DNA of 64,000 bases from Octopus vulgaris (taxonomy: Eukaryota). The notes under the pieces were generated by a model. That model did not search any database, was not told the origin of the DNA, and saw only the letters and a list, made by a program, of their open reading frames with translations. Positions 42,282 to 58,194 of this stretch are shown here, piece by piece (the stretch's first letter is position 1; each line of letters begins with the position of its first letter). The stretch covers positions 24,056,001 to 24,120,000 of the forward strand of contig OX597826.1 of NCBI GenBank assembly GCA_951406725.2, read 5' to 3'. Both the position numbers and the translations under genes were made by a program.

Positions 42282-45200
42282 TGAATAATGCTTGAATGTT
42301 GTCAGGTCGGATGAAAAATGCCTAAAAAACAATCACCACAACAACCCTCTTCTTTTCAGGTGCTGAATTGCATCCCTCCTCCCCAAACCTCACCCCACAT
42401 TACCTTCCCAGCTTTCAGAGTTGGCACTGTCAATGTTGGTACACTGAAAGGTAGGTCTAGTGAGATTGTAGAGATGCTTGAAAGAAGACGGGTTGATGTA
42501 TGCTGCATACAAGAAGTAAGATGGATAGGTGCTTCAGCTAGGGTCCTCACAGGCAAGGTAAATAGGTATAAAGTCTTCTGGCATGGATGGTGTAGGGGGT
42601 GTAGGCATTCTCCTTGCAGAGAAATGGGTGGATAAGGTCATAGAGGTTGTCAGGGTTTGCGATAGAGTCCACAAGCTCAGGTTAGTCCTACAAAACGGCA
42701 CAGCTACGGTTATCTCCGCCTATGCCCCACATGCGGGGCTACCAAATGATCAGAAGGACCACTTTTATGATACCCTTCTACAGGCTACCTCAAAGACGAG
42801 TGGCAAGGACCTCATCTTTGTGGCTGGAGACTTTAATGGGCATGTTGGGCGGGAATCGGGTATCTTCACTGGGGTACACGGTGGCCATGGTATTGGCACC
42901 AGAAATGATGAGGGAACTAGACTACTGGAATTCTGTGATGCATGTAACCTTTTAATCTGCAACACTAACTTCAGGAAGCCAGACTGCCACCTTATAACCT
43001 ATCAGTCAGGGAACTCCACTAGCCAAATAGACTTCATCCTCACCAGACAGTGGGATGCAGGGTTGCTCTTAAATACAAAGACCCTCCTGGGTGAAGAATG
43101 TACCCTTCAGCATAGACTAATCATTAGTGACTTTAGGCTTGAGACCAGAAGGATACCAAGAAACAGACCAATCCAGAAAAGAAGGATTTGGAAGCTAAAG
43201 AACCCTTCACATGGTCAGAGATTTAGGGACATCCTCATCAAGAAATTTGATGAGAGGGAAGAGGAGCTATGGACGTCGGACATAGAAGGTAGCTGGAAAT
43301 TCCTACGGGACAGCTTGCTGAGTGCCACAGACTAAGTCTGTGGATGGTGAAAAGTCCCTTCCAGACCTAGAGTTACGTGGTGGTGGAATAGTACAGTAGA
43401 CAAAGCCATTAGAGCAAAGGAACAGGCCTGGAAAGCCTGGAGGGATGGGGGTAGCAGGGAGCTGTACCAGGTAGCCAAAAGGGAGGCTGGGCGGAAGGTA
43501 TACATAGCCAAAGATGAAGTAGAAAAGAAGAAGTTTGCCAATGTCCAGCGACGTGAGGACCAAAGAACTGAGGTATTTCGGATTGCTAGACAGTGTGTGA
43601 GAGAAAATAGTGGTGTTACAGGAGAGAAATGCGTCTGCATGGATAATGGTGCACTTGCTTTTAATGATTAGGGAGAGAATTTGCTTAGATGAGATGCAGT
43701 TCGGTTTTGTGCCGGGTAGAACCACCACTGATGCTATATTCCAGGTTCGATAACTGCAAGAGAAATACCTAGCTAAAGATAAACCCCTCTACATAGCTTT
43801 TGTGGACTTGGAGAAAGCCTTTGACAGGGTCCCCCGATCCCTTATCTGGTGGTTGATGCGGAAACTGGAGATTGACGAATGGCTAATAAGGGCTGTACAG
43901 GCCCTATACAGAGAGGCTGTCAGCAAGGTTAGGATTAGCAATGAGTATAGTGAAGAATTCCGGGTAGAAGTAGGTGTACACCAATGTTCAGCCCTCAGTC
44001 CCCTTTTATTCATCATAGTCCTCCAGGCAATAACAGAGGAATTCAAAACAGGTTGCCCCTGGAAGCTCCTCTATGCTGATGACCTGGCTCTCATAGCAGA
44101 ATCACTACCGGAACTAGAAAAGAAATTTCGGGTGTGGAAGCAAGGTTTAGAATCAAAGGGCCTTAGAGTAAATGTAGCAAAGACCAAAGTTATAGTAAGC
44201 AGAAAGGCAAACTCATCACACACCCCATCGGGTAGGTGGCCCTGCTCGATCTGTAGGAAAGGTGTAGGTAGAAACTCCATAAGATGTACCCAGTGTAAGC
44301 TATGGACACATAAGAGGTGCAGCAACATCAAAGGGAAATTAACTGATACGATAGCTTTCATGTGCAGCAGATGCACAGGGACAATAGACACCACAGATAC
44401 TCAGAAAACAGATTCCATCACACATCAGGGGGAGAAACTAGAAGTAGTTGATAGTTTCCGCTACCTAGGTGACCAAGTTAGTAGTGGAGGTGGATGCTCA
44501 GAGTGTCACCACTAGAATACAAATAGCCTGGGCAAAGTTTAGAAAGCTCCTACCCCTACCGGCGACAAAGGGTATCTCGCTCAGAGTGAAAGGTAGATTG
44601 TATGATGCATGTGTGTGAACCGCCATGCTTCACGGTGGTGAAACATGGGCTGTGACTGCAGAGGACATGCATAGACTTGAAAGAAATGAAGCTAACATGA
44701 TCCGCTGGATGTGTAATGTCAGTGTGCACGCACGACAGAGTGTAAGCACTCTGAGAGAAATGCTGGACATAAGAAGCATCAGATGTGGTGTGCAAGAGTG
44801 ACGCTTGCGATGGTATGGTCATGTACTGCGGATGGATGAGAAGAGATGTGTGAAGAAGTGCCGCTCCCAAACAGTTGAAGGTATCAGGTAGACCCAGGAT
44901 GACATGGGATGAGGTAGTCAAGCATGACCTAACAGCGTTGGGCCTCACAGAGGCAATGACGAAGGACCAAGATCTCTGGAGATATGCTGTGACTGCAAAG
45001 ACCCGGGCTGCTTCCTGCACCAGTCCCGCATAGCCCCTGCCCATTCAAAGTACCTTGGATTCCAGAACATCCCGCTTTGCTTGAGGAGACCTATTGAGTC
45101 AAGTACATGAACATCGAAATAAATATCAATGGAAATAGTAGTTGTAATACCTGTGCCGGTGGCACGTAAAAAGCACCATCCGAACGTGGCTGATGCCAGC

Positions 45201-45537
45201 GCCGCCTTGACTGGCTTCTGTGCCAGTGGACGTAAAAAGCACCATCCGAACGTGGCCGATGCCAGCGCCACCTTGACTGGCTTCTGTGCCGGTGGCATGT
45301 AAAAAGCACCATCCGCATGTGGCCGATGCCAGCGCCGCCTTAACTGGCTTCTGTGCCGGTGGCACGTAAAAAGCACCCACTACACTCGCGGAGTGGTTGG
45401 CGTTAGGAAGGGCATCCAGCTGTAGAACCACTGCCAGATCAGACTGGAGCCTGGTGCAGCCTCCTGGCTTCCCAGACCCCAGTCGAACCATCCAACCCGT
45501 GCTAGCACGGAAAACGGATGTTAAACGATGATGATGA
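42282..45537 (+). mobile_element. Near-full-length RTE-clade LINE (stops, frameshifts, internal deletion near 43670)
   Basis: APE (GTVNVGTL..IQEVRW, GDFNGHVG, IDFIL), RT (DLEKAFDRV, YADD), PHD finger, GRPR-like C-terminus, repeat-bearing 3' UTR, (GAT)n tail. Confidence 0.93.
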
Positions 45538-46949
45538 TATATATATATATGTGTGTGTATATATATATATATCATAGGTTGTGGGTAGCAATTTTCTTCA
45601 CTACTTCAGGGAGTGACGACCCTGCCTGACGCAAGTCCCAGGTTCAGGTGGCTCCAGCTGACAATACCCGGTATGGGCCCCTATCCAGGGTTACGGAAAG
45701 GAGACAACCATCAAAGAAATCCGGAGTGGGGCCCCGTAGGCGGTTTAGTGTTCAACTCAACACTCTTCCAGCAGCTCCTGCAACCAAGCTGGTGCCAAAC
45801 GTCAGCAAGGTCGAGAGAGGACTCCTAATGATTGGGCTACCCAGGATTTTCTTACATCTAGCCCAGGCCTGTGCAGAACTGGAGAGGACATGGAATGTAA
45901 AAACAGACTGTATTAGTTCATGTGCAACTCAATTGTGTCCCGAGACAAAAGGATGCCAACAATATATCTATCATCATCATCATCTTCCTATACTGAGATA
46001 CGTGTTTGTCCTTACCCACTATTTGACAAATACTGGTTTGTTTATCTCCACATAAGTTAGTGGTTCGGCAAAAGAGATTGATAGAATAAGTACCAGACTT
46101 AATGCAGACAAGTATTGGTATTGGTGTGGTGGTGAACGGGGGGGGGGTGATTTGTTTAACGAAACGCTTCAAAGTAGTGCCCCAGCATGGTTACAGGTCA
46201 ATGAGGGAGACATGTAAAAAGTAATTCAACTGTTTTGTTACCATCTTTCTATTGAAACGCACAGCTTTAGTTACAATTAATTTCAAGTATAATGAAGAAT
46301 TTATTAAAATGACTTTTTGTTGTTATTGAGCCAATGTTTGGAATATAAATTAACATGGAATTCTGATGGATGGTTTTTACTTTAGATCACTTTAAAACAG
46401 GGAACTTGTATCATTGAACTACAGGCGGTCTCAGGTAGGATGGCATCAAAAGAGTTAATCATCAGCTTCTGAAAGATCATCGACAATTCTCTTGCTTTGA
46501 TTTTTAAGATTGGTTTTCCAGAGTGTTCTTCAATGATTTTGGTTCTGGTGTTTTGCTACTTTACACCATTTGAACTTCCAGAGTCTTCTAAGAATATTGC
46601 TTGCTTTAGCAACTGGCATGGTGAGATGACTTCTTCTCCAATTGCATTTCCAACTTAGAAGCTAATGAAGACAAATTCTTTGATTTCAGCTAACAGAAAT
46701 AATACTGATGATGATGATGATGATGCTCATGTGATTGGTGATGCTGGTGGTGTTGGCAGTAAAGGTTAACAATAACGTCAAAAACAACATCACCAGTAAT
46801 AATAATAATAATAATCAATTCTTTTTTATTGGCCACAAGGGCTGACATGCATGATTACATAAAGGGACAAGACAGGACGAAAGGTTACAAAGGGTTTTGT
46901 CCGTTTTTTAAAAACATCGAGTAAAAATCTTTATAACAATTTGAAAAAT

Positions 46950-49900
46950 TCAACAATGAAAAACTCCCAAAAGGGGGAGACGTTTCGAAAGGTTCCTGGT
47001 GGAAAAAACCCTACAAAAGCCAACGGGAGCCTGGTCAAAAAGGGGGTGTAGAGAGTCCCGTTTTTCTCCTTTTGTATTACCTTTTTGAAATAACAGACGA
47101 AACCTGAGAACTGGTCCATTTATACTGGCCAGTCTCGCACAATTCACCCACCTTTCATAAAACTTGCTATTGGACAGCACTTTCCTCTCTAACCTCATCT
47201 TCCTTTTCAAGTGAAACTTGAAAAAGTTGATAAGGCCTTGACCAAAGAGGAAAGTGTCTGACTTTAGCCCTTTCAAACGAGTCCACCACACAACTTCTTT
47301 CGCCACAGCCACTAGGCATAAGAAAACGGCCTCGCCCTCCTTGTTAAAGGAGGTCGGCGGGGCAATCTTCACTATGGATTCGGCCGATAGTCGGATCCGT
47401 CCTACACGTGACAGTAGCTGTTCGACATAAACCCATATTTCAGCAATACTCGGGCACTGGACGAGTGCGTGCAGAACGGTTTCGTCGTCCTGGCAACACC
47501 TCGGGCAGGTCCGGCTGACGGCACTTCCGTGCCGGTAGAGTTTATCTCGAACAGGCAGTGCCCCTCGTAGCACTGCCAGGCGAGCGACCTCTGGAAATTA
47601 TCCATCGGCCCCAGCCCGAAAGTCCTCCCGAACAGACCGCTCAGTTCGTCGTCTTCAACGCCTAGAGTTTCCTCGAGAACGTCGTCGCATTTTTCCTCCA
47701 CTAACCCTCTATAGAACGCTAGAGTGGAGCTGTAACCGATCGCATTGCCCACCTGACGGAGGGCGGAGAGGGCTTGACGGCACTTGAGGTGCCAAGCGCC
47801 CTTTCTCGGTCTACGTTTGATCCAGGTCTGCAGCTCCGTCAAAGAGACAAGCTGCGGAAAATCGCGTCTGACAAAAAAACGACCACACCTGTTCACCGTC
47901 TAGGAAGCGCTTGAGATGCCGCAGCCTGAGCGCATGTCTGCGCAACAGCAACCACGGCATTCCAAGGCCTCCGTTCAGCGGTCGTTGACAGCAGATGGAT
48001 CGCCTGACCAGTGGCACCTGACCCTTCCACAAAAAGTCGAAGAGCAGGCGTACCAGCTTGGCCAACCAGCGGTCGGGACAAGGGACGACGGTCAAGCGGT
48101 AATAGATGACGGATGCGATGTACGCATTCACCACCTCCGCTCGACCTTTCAGGGACAGCTTCCTCTCGGCCCATTTCTGGGTGAGACGTGCCACCCTGCT
48201 CGTCACCTCTTCCCAGTTCTTATCCACCTGGAGGTCCGGACCGAACCAGACCCCGAGCAGTTTAACGGGTCCGTCTGTCCAGCGCCCTACGACGCTGTTG
48301 GACGGCCCAGTTGCAAGCCCACAGACTTTTCCGCGTTAATCTTTGCCCCTGTCACCGCTTCGTACTGGTTTAGTGTCTCGCCAATCAGGCCAATGTGCCT
48401 GTGGCTCGACACCACCACGGTGACGTCGTCGGCATAAGCAGACACGCTGTTTCCGCCTCCTAGATCGCGCGGGATACCCCTCAAAGCCTCCAACTTGCGC
48501 AGTAATGGCTCGAGAGTCAAAATGTACAAGAGGGAGGAGAGAGGGCATCCTTGGCGGACCGAACACGAGATGTCGAACGGTTCCGAAAGGTGGCCGTTCA
48601 CCCGTATCACCGACCAGATGTTGCTGTATAAAGCAGCTATCCACCCGCGGAAGACTGGACCGAAGCCGGCTGCCTTGAGGACAGCTGCCAGGTACCGATG
48701 GTCGACCCTATCGAAGGCTTTACTCTGATCCAAGTTGATCAAAGCCCTACCCGCGCCAGCGTCGTTACCCACCCTCTCTATGATGTAGCACATGAGATGG
48801 AGGTTGTCGTGTATCGACCTGGTCAGCACGGCGCATGTCTGCGTCTTGCCGACCAGCTTGTCCACGACAAGCGCCAATCTCTTGGCTAGCACCTTGGCCA
48901 AAATCTTCAACTCTGCATTGAGCAGAGTGATGGGCCGGAAATTGCCTATAATGTCCCCCTTGTTTGGGTCCTTCTTCAGCAAAGCCACCACCCCTCGACA
49001 GACAAAAGCAGGAATTCTCCCGTTTTGCTGCCAGTTGCAGTAGACATTTGCCAACAGGCCCGCAAACAAGTCAGGCATTGAAAAGTAAAGCTCGTAGGGC
49101 AGACCATCCAAACCCGGTGATCTACCTCTCGTGCAACTCTTCATCGCTTCCTGTACTTCCCAGGCAAATATCGGTCCTTCGCAGCACTCTGCCTCGCTGT
49201 CCGAGAGTTGCGGTAGGCCGTCCAGGTACACACCGAAGTCTGCACCGTTGTCCGTTCCACCGCTCGTCCCAAACAGTTGAGCAAAGTGCCGCTGAAGCAC
49301 CGTACACATCTGCTTCGGTTCGGTAACCTCGCGCCCGTTCTGGTCCACCAAAGACCGAATGGTTGCTTTGTTGCCTCACTTCGCCTCTGCCACGCGGGCC
49401 CATCGAGTGGCTCTAGTCCCCTCCCCGCTTAGCGAACGTGCCTTAGCTCTGACAATGCAGCCTTCGTGTTTGGCGTCAAAATGTTGGTCGAGGGCCAACC
49501 TTGCCGCCAACACGTCGGTCGCGATGCCAGTGTCAAGAGCCTCGTCTAGTTTCTTAACTAAATCCCACTCTCTCTTCCTACGTTCAATAGCTAGAGTCTT
49601 ACTATACCTAATCGACTCTACTTTAATTGCTCTCTTGAGGGCAAACCACCAGTTGTTGTTGATGATTGCCCCCGTGAGCGCCCGCTTAACTAGTAAACTA
49701 ATCCGGTCTCTGTAAGCTTTGCACGCCGTTAACGACGCGTTCAGCTTCCAGTAGCCGGGTCCCTGTCTATGTAGCCTATCTAAGTCGACCGTACAGATCA
49801 CTAATTTGTGGTCCGTATATTCGACTAGGTGGAATTGTGGACACCCTACGCTGTCCTTATCCGCTGGCCTACAAAACACTCTATCTAAGTACGATCTAGA

Positions 49901-50490
49901 CGACCCGATGCGGTTGGTCCAAGTCCACATTGGCACATTCGGGTTGTCTAGTCGAAACCTGTCGGACAGCTGAAAGCGGCCGAGTAGGTTGGCGAGGCTC
50001 TTGCACCCTCCCCCTCTCCTATCAGACGCTCCCCTGCCCACCCGATCGAAACGTTCGTCTAAGACAGCGTTCCAATCCCCAACTAGCACTAGAGTGCGTG
50101 ACGTTCCCAGGAAAACTTCCAGACGTTTGAAATAATCCGACTGCCCTGCTCCTGTCGGAGCGTAGGCAGCCAGCAGTCTGAAAGCACCGCCGTCACTACT
50201 GTCGACGTCGAGGACCACCAACTTACCTTCCGGATCCAAGAAGACTGTCCTTATTTTCAGGTCCAGGCCCTTCCGAAACAACACCGCAGTACCACCACCG
50301 GCCGACACGGAGATAGAAATATCTCGTATCTGCCGAAAAGGGCTGCGAGTTCCTGCGGGTCGGAGAGCCTGGTTTCACTGATGGCTGCTACATCCACATC
50401 ATGAAAACTCAGGTCGTTTAACAGGGGACCCTGTTTCCAAGGTGACCCGAGGCCTCTCACATTCAGGCAACCGATTCTAAGATTTGCCAT
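46950..50490 (-). pseudogene. Tx1 ORF2: APE endonuclease + reverse transcriptase + CCHC, disrupted
   Basis: LNVRGL..ISET, GDWN, YLDR, TDH (APE); DQSKAFDRV, RQGCPLS, YADD (RT); CPRC..ETVLHALVQC; about four frameshifts and one stop at 49376. Confidence 0.92.
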
Positions 50491-50493
50491 GTT

Positions 50494-52353
50494 TCAAAAG
50501 TTAGGAAAAAAAAAGGAGAAAAAAGGCTCTACTTGCTGTTGTTGGTGGTGGGGGGTGGCTCCCTTGTTTTTTTGCACGGGTTCTTCCACAATATTTTTAT
50601 ATAGTTTCTTAGAGAAACTTTTCCCTAACGATCCCACATCGTTAGGGAAATTTTGTTTGATTTCATTATATATTGTTTTGTTTATTTTTATTGTGAGAAT
50701 GTGTGCTGGTGGTGTGTTTTTTGTTGGTATAACGAAATCTGTTATATTTGTGCTTGTTTTGTCTTTCAAATACTCAACCAATTCTTGGTTTTTTGTATTT
50801 ATTGCTGTAATTGTGTCTGTGTTTGTTTGTGTCTGTGGCAGTGGCAGTGGCAGTAGTGGTGTCGAAAGTGTTGTTGTTGTTTGTTGTTGTGAATGTGTGT
50901 TGTCGTTGATGTTGTTGTTGATGTTTGGAAGCACTATTTGTTCGTGCTTCCCCTGTATATCTTTTTGTTTTCTCCTCCTTTTCTTTTTTGGAGGCACTGT
51001 GCTCCATTCTCCTTTGTTGGAATCAGAGCTCGCACAATCCGAGTACTCTTCATCCGGCAAAGGAATGGTTGAGGGGTCTGCTTCAGCAGCAGGACGAAAG
51101 GTTGTTGGTTCCGCCGGTATCGGTGGTGCCGCTGCTCCTGTTGCTGTTGATGGTGCTGCTGTCGACTTTCTAGGTACTGGTGTTGGTTTGGTGGTGGTTG
51201 TTGTTGTTGGAGGTGGTGTTGTTCGTCTTGGTGCTGGTGATGGTGTTGGTGGTGTGGCAGCTTTTGGTGTTTCGTGTTGTTTCTGTTGTTGTTGTTTCTG
51301 TTGTTGTTGTTTCTGTTGTTGTTGTTGTTGCTGCCTCTTGCTGTAAGCCTCCATTCTCTTTTTTTGAATGGGGCAGTCCCTCTTTAAGTGGCTTTCGCTG
51401 CTGCAGAGGAAACATTTTGGCTTTCGCCCCTCTACAGCAATGTTTAGCCTGGTGCCGTCCGGCAAACTAACGAAATCTGGGACCTTGCTGATATTTTCTT
51501 GCTGAATTTGAGCAAGAAGCAGCACTCCCATCCCCAACCAGTTTTTCTCCCTCACTCTCCTGACATCCAGAATGGTGGTAGTGTCCTCTATATCATAGAG
51601 GACAGCTGCCACCAGCCATGACATATCTAGTTCAGGAGGGGCAAGGTCAATCTTTATTTTTGTCACTCTTCGCCCGAGGTGGGTCGGGACGAGTAACAAA
51701 CTCTCAGTTTGCAAGGGCGAAATGGTGTTCGCCCTTGCTTGCTCCTCTGTTGGGAAGCGAACCTCCACGGTTCCGAAACGCTTCCCCTTGGTTACGTAGC
51801 TCTTTTGGGCCCAAATGGGCTTTAGAGCTATCTCTAACTGTTGGGGTGTGGCGTTTGTCATTTTTTTCAGTTTTCTATCGAAAACTCTGTATGTAATTGT
51901 TTACCTATTGGTGTTGTCAATTACATCTTGTGGAGTATTGAGGAAGATGCTGTTGCCATCCTTCCTCAACAACTCCTTTGCTTTTTTAATGTCTTGTAAT
52001 GTAATTTTTACTTCCTCCGAAATTTGCTTCGCAGCAGAAGCAAAATCGTTGGAAATTTTTACATTTTTCTCTGTGTTCCTGTTTGTGTTTGTGTCTGTTA
52101 TAACTTTCCTTTCCTTCCCCTTCGGTACAACATCACATGTTGAAGGAATAGGGGGAAAATCGGGAGTGACGTCGAATGCGACGTCCTGGTTAGCATTCTC
52201 TTTTCGAACGGCGCGCGTGCTTTCCGTTTCGGAAGGAGGAGCTCTGTTGCCTTTTACGGCGCGAAGTAGGTGTTTTTTTGGTGATAACGTGTGTGTTTGC
52301 GGAGGGAATGTATTTGGAAGGAAGGAACAGCTAACTGCTCGCTTCATAGCCAT
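50494..52353 (-). pseudogene. Tx1 ORF1 (Gag-like, zinc knuckle) with one in-frame stop at 51901-51903
   Basis: ORFs 52353-51901 and 51861-50494 share a frame, joined by TITYRVFDRKLKK; CFLCSSESHLKRDC knuckle followed by Q/P/T-rich region. Confidence 0.85.
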
Positions 52354-54206
52354 TTTTTGTTTAAAAGTTTGTTATTTTGACAAAGTTCAAAAGTTCAAAA
52401 TGCAATTTCACCCCCAATGGGGCAAAATTTTGCCTAGCCAACCAGCTTCGTACGAAGTTAGTCGGCTTGGCCACACAAATATTAAAAAATATTACAACTT
52501 ACAAACAAATTTCCAATGAAATTGTCACAAAAATCACGGAGCTTCCATACACACGTCCATCCGCGTTGGAAGGAATAATAATAATAATAATAATAATTCT
52601 TTCTACTGGAAGCAAAAGGCCTCAAATCCCTGGGGAAAGGGATTAAGCCGATTACATCAACCTAAGTACGTAACTGGTACTTATTTAATCAACCCCAAAA
52701 GGATGAAAGGCAAAATCGACCTTGGTAGAATTTGAACGAAGAATGTAGCAACAGATGAAATACCACTGAGCATTTCATCCAGCGTACTAAAAATTCTGCC
52801 AGATTGCCACCTTAATAATAATAATAATAATAATAATAATCTATCTACTAAAGGCACAAGGCCTGAAATTTGGTGGGAGGGGACTTGTCAATTACATTGA
52901 CCTCAGTATTTTACCGGTACTTACTTTATCGGCCCCGAAAGGATGAAAGGGTAAAGTCGACCTCAGCAGAATTTGACCTCAGAACATGAAGAGAGATGAA
53001 ATACTGCAAAGCATTTGGCCTGGCGTGCTAATGGTTCCGCCAGCTTACTGCCTTAATAATAATGATAATAATAATAATAATAATAATAAATAAACTCACC
53101 ACACTAATAATAATAATATCAGTCTTTTTTTGCTAAATCACTAAGTTATATAAACAAACAAATATCAGTTGTGAAGCAGTGGGGGGGGGGGGCAAACGCC
53201 AGCGACAAAGGTACACACACAAATATATATGACAGGCTTCTTTCAGTTTCCATCTACCAAATCCACTCACAAAGCTTTTGTAGAAGACACTTGCCCAAGG
53301 TGCCATGCAGTGGAACAGAACTCAGAACCATATGGTTTGGAAGCAAACTTCTTACCATATGGCCACGTAGATGTTTTTTTTCCAAGCTGCCACCCGAAAC
53401 CAATGTGATTGCAAAGCGAAATTCTTAACCAATCAACCATGCCTGCACTTATGAGATATCGATAATAATAAATAGCGATAACAATATGAAATAACGAGAA
53501 AAAGATCTCCAAAATTGAGGCAGGCGACCACACAGAGGGCATTGAGTTCATCTTGCATTCTACACCAGGTTATTCTGTCACTCCGAAGATAAATGCCTTC
53601 TCCCTGTTCCTGCCACTCGCCTACAACCACGTGCGCACGTGTGTGTATATATAGCATAGGTCCATTAAACCATATCAATCCAATGTAATCAGATCTCTGG
53701 GGGTTAATGGGTTAATTTCTAATCTAGCACACTTTTTTATTATATTTTATTTATCTCTTTTTTTTGTCTTAGAAGCTTGGTATTCAAAAATGTTTGTGGA
53801 GAGAAAAACATGAAGCGAAGAATTTGTACATGTATGCGTGTGCGTGCATGTGTGTGTGTGTGTGTATGTAACGTGTGTCTCAGGGATGGGTGGGTTATGT
53901 GTGTGTGTGTATGTGTGTAACATTTCAGAAAAAGAAAACAAATTCCTGTTGCTTTCAAGAGAAGAAAGTCAGTTCTATGAGAGATATAAGATATTGGTAA
54001 TTACATCTCAGTTTTTGTATTCAGTGTCTTTTGGTCTTTAGTATTATGTCTACAAACAGAAGAGACAGAAAGAAAGGAGAATCTGTGTGTATGTGTACAT
54101 AGATATATGTGTGTTTGGATTTGTGGATACATGCGTATGTGTAGGTCTATATATATTATATATATGTATGTGTGTGTGTATATGCATGTATATTGGGTGT
54201 ATGCAA

Positions 54207-54237
<31 letters not shown>

Positions 54238-54275
54238 CAAATATATATACATATATATACATATATATATATACA

Positions 54276-56636
<2,361 letters not shown>

Positions 56637-56865
56637 ATATATATATATTTATATATATATATATATATGTATATATTTATATAATAATAAATATTAGGGA
56701 ATAAATCCAAATTTACAGGGAAAAATCAGATTTAGGATTAAATCCAATTTTATAGTAAAATATTATATAATATAATTCGAGACAAAACCACTATTTTGCA
56801 AAACAAACAAGGAAAGACTTAATCAATACATAAAAATTTTTTTTTTAATATAAAGAAATAAACCG

Positions 56866-56908
56866 CCACTACAATCGTTTCATGTCTTCAATGACATTCG
56901 TCAGGTGG
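56866..56908 (-). ncRNA. Minimal type I hammerhead ribozyme in TA-embedded insert ~56680-56950
   Basis: Minus strand CCAC-CTGACGA-ATGTC-attgaa-GACAT-GAAAC-gatt-GTA-GTGG. Confidence 0.85.
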
Positions 56909-56948
56909 ATTTTCGATCTCCTAATCTGTTTTAATTTATGAAGTCTTA

Positions 56949-57048
<100 letters not shown>

Positions 57049-57379
57049 CTGTGTATGTATGTGTGCTTGGGTATATACATATGTATTTAACATATGTAAA
57101 TATGTGACATAATTTTCTCTACAAGACAACAGCAACAGGACTGAAAGAGAACTAAAAGAAACCACACTTCCATGTCTTCTGTGACATGGAAAAACTTTTT
57201 GACAATGTACCAAAAGAAGCCATATGGATGTTTACATGTACTGCATGACTCCTTTCCAGCACACCACCTCCTCATAAGCTTTGATCCTTTGCTATTTCGT
57301 ATGTGAGTTCAGCCTCTTCAGATCAGTCTTCACCAATTTGTCTTGTGTCTTCCTTGAGCATTCTCTTCCACATGAGTGT

Positions 57380-57410
<31 letters not shown>

Positions 57411-57413
<3 letters not shown>

Positions 57414-57762
57414 ACAATTGAGGGTAAAATCAATTAGTTCTCAATCAATTTCACCAAGTATTCAGTATGTAAAAGGACCATTTAAGGCGAATTCAAAATA
57501 TTACATTATATAATTAGGGCTTAGTAAAATAAATTACTTTGCCACATACTGAACTTTCTAGAAATAGCAGCCCAAAAAGTTTTTTAGCCATTTCCACTAC
57601 TTAAAGAAAATTTCTCTCGGATAATGTTTACTCAAATGTTATTTTGAGTAAACATTATCCGAGAGAAATTTTCTTTAAGTAGTGGAAATGGCTAAAAAAC
57701 TTTTTTGGCTGCTATTTCTAGAAAGTTCAGTATGTGGCAAAGTAATTTATTTTACTAAGCCC

Positions 57763-57772
<10 letters not shown>
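57411..57772 (-). mobile_element. Fold-back element, second copy of family B
   Basis: Starts TCAACAATTGAGGGTAAAA like 35443; tail 57411-57506; arms 57507-57636 and 57643-57772 (one mismatch seen); folds back before the ribozyme. Confidence 0.85.
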
Positions 57773-57821
<49 letters not shown>

Positions 57822-58159
57822 ATGTATATGTATATGTATATGTATATATATATGGTAGTTATTTACTACTTATACGGAGTTTGACCACCTCTTGTATCTA
57901 TTGTGGTGTCTGATGTGGCTTTTTAGACCATACAATGTTTTGAAAAGACACATACATAAATTGCGTCTCTACTTTGGACCACCAAGAGCTGCAGTTAAGT
58001 TCTGATCTTTGTGGATCTTAATATATATATCAAGATTAATCAGCCGAAATTGCGAGGATGATCCGGTTCTTGACTGAAGATTAGAGGCTTCGAATGACCC
58101 GTCCGTATTTTTTTGTATCATCTATTTGAATGTTTTGCATTCTTGTCCCATCTTGTATT

Positions 58160-58194
<35 letters not shown>

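Larger units (their letters stand above)
46815..52573 (-). mobile_element. Full-length L1-Tx1 clade non-LTR retrotransposon (inactivated)
   Basis: 5' UTR, ORF1 with CCHC knuckle, ORF2 with APE, RT (YADD) and C-terminal CCHC, AATAAA near the 3' end; (AAT)n on both flanks. Confidence 0.93.

Noticed and set aside
45575-45960. GC-richer segment resembling a LINE 5' UTR with a possible HDV-like ribozyme (also 59380-59555)
   Set aside because: Could not build the nested double pseudoknot by eye; needs an Infernal or RNArobo search
51901-52353. Extra upstream ORF in the Tx1 element
   Set aside because: In frame with ORF1 across a single TAA; best read as a nonsense mutation
58030-58160. Hammerhead at CTGAAGA..CGAA (same family at 39388-39500)
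   Set aside because: No GAAA plus stem III/UH arrangement could be built
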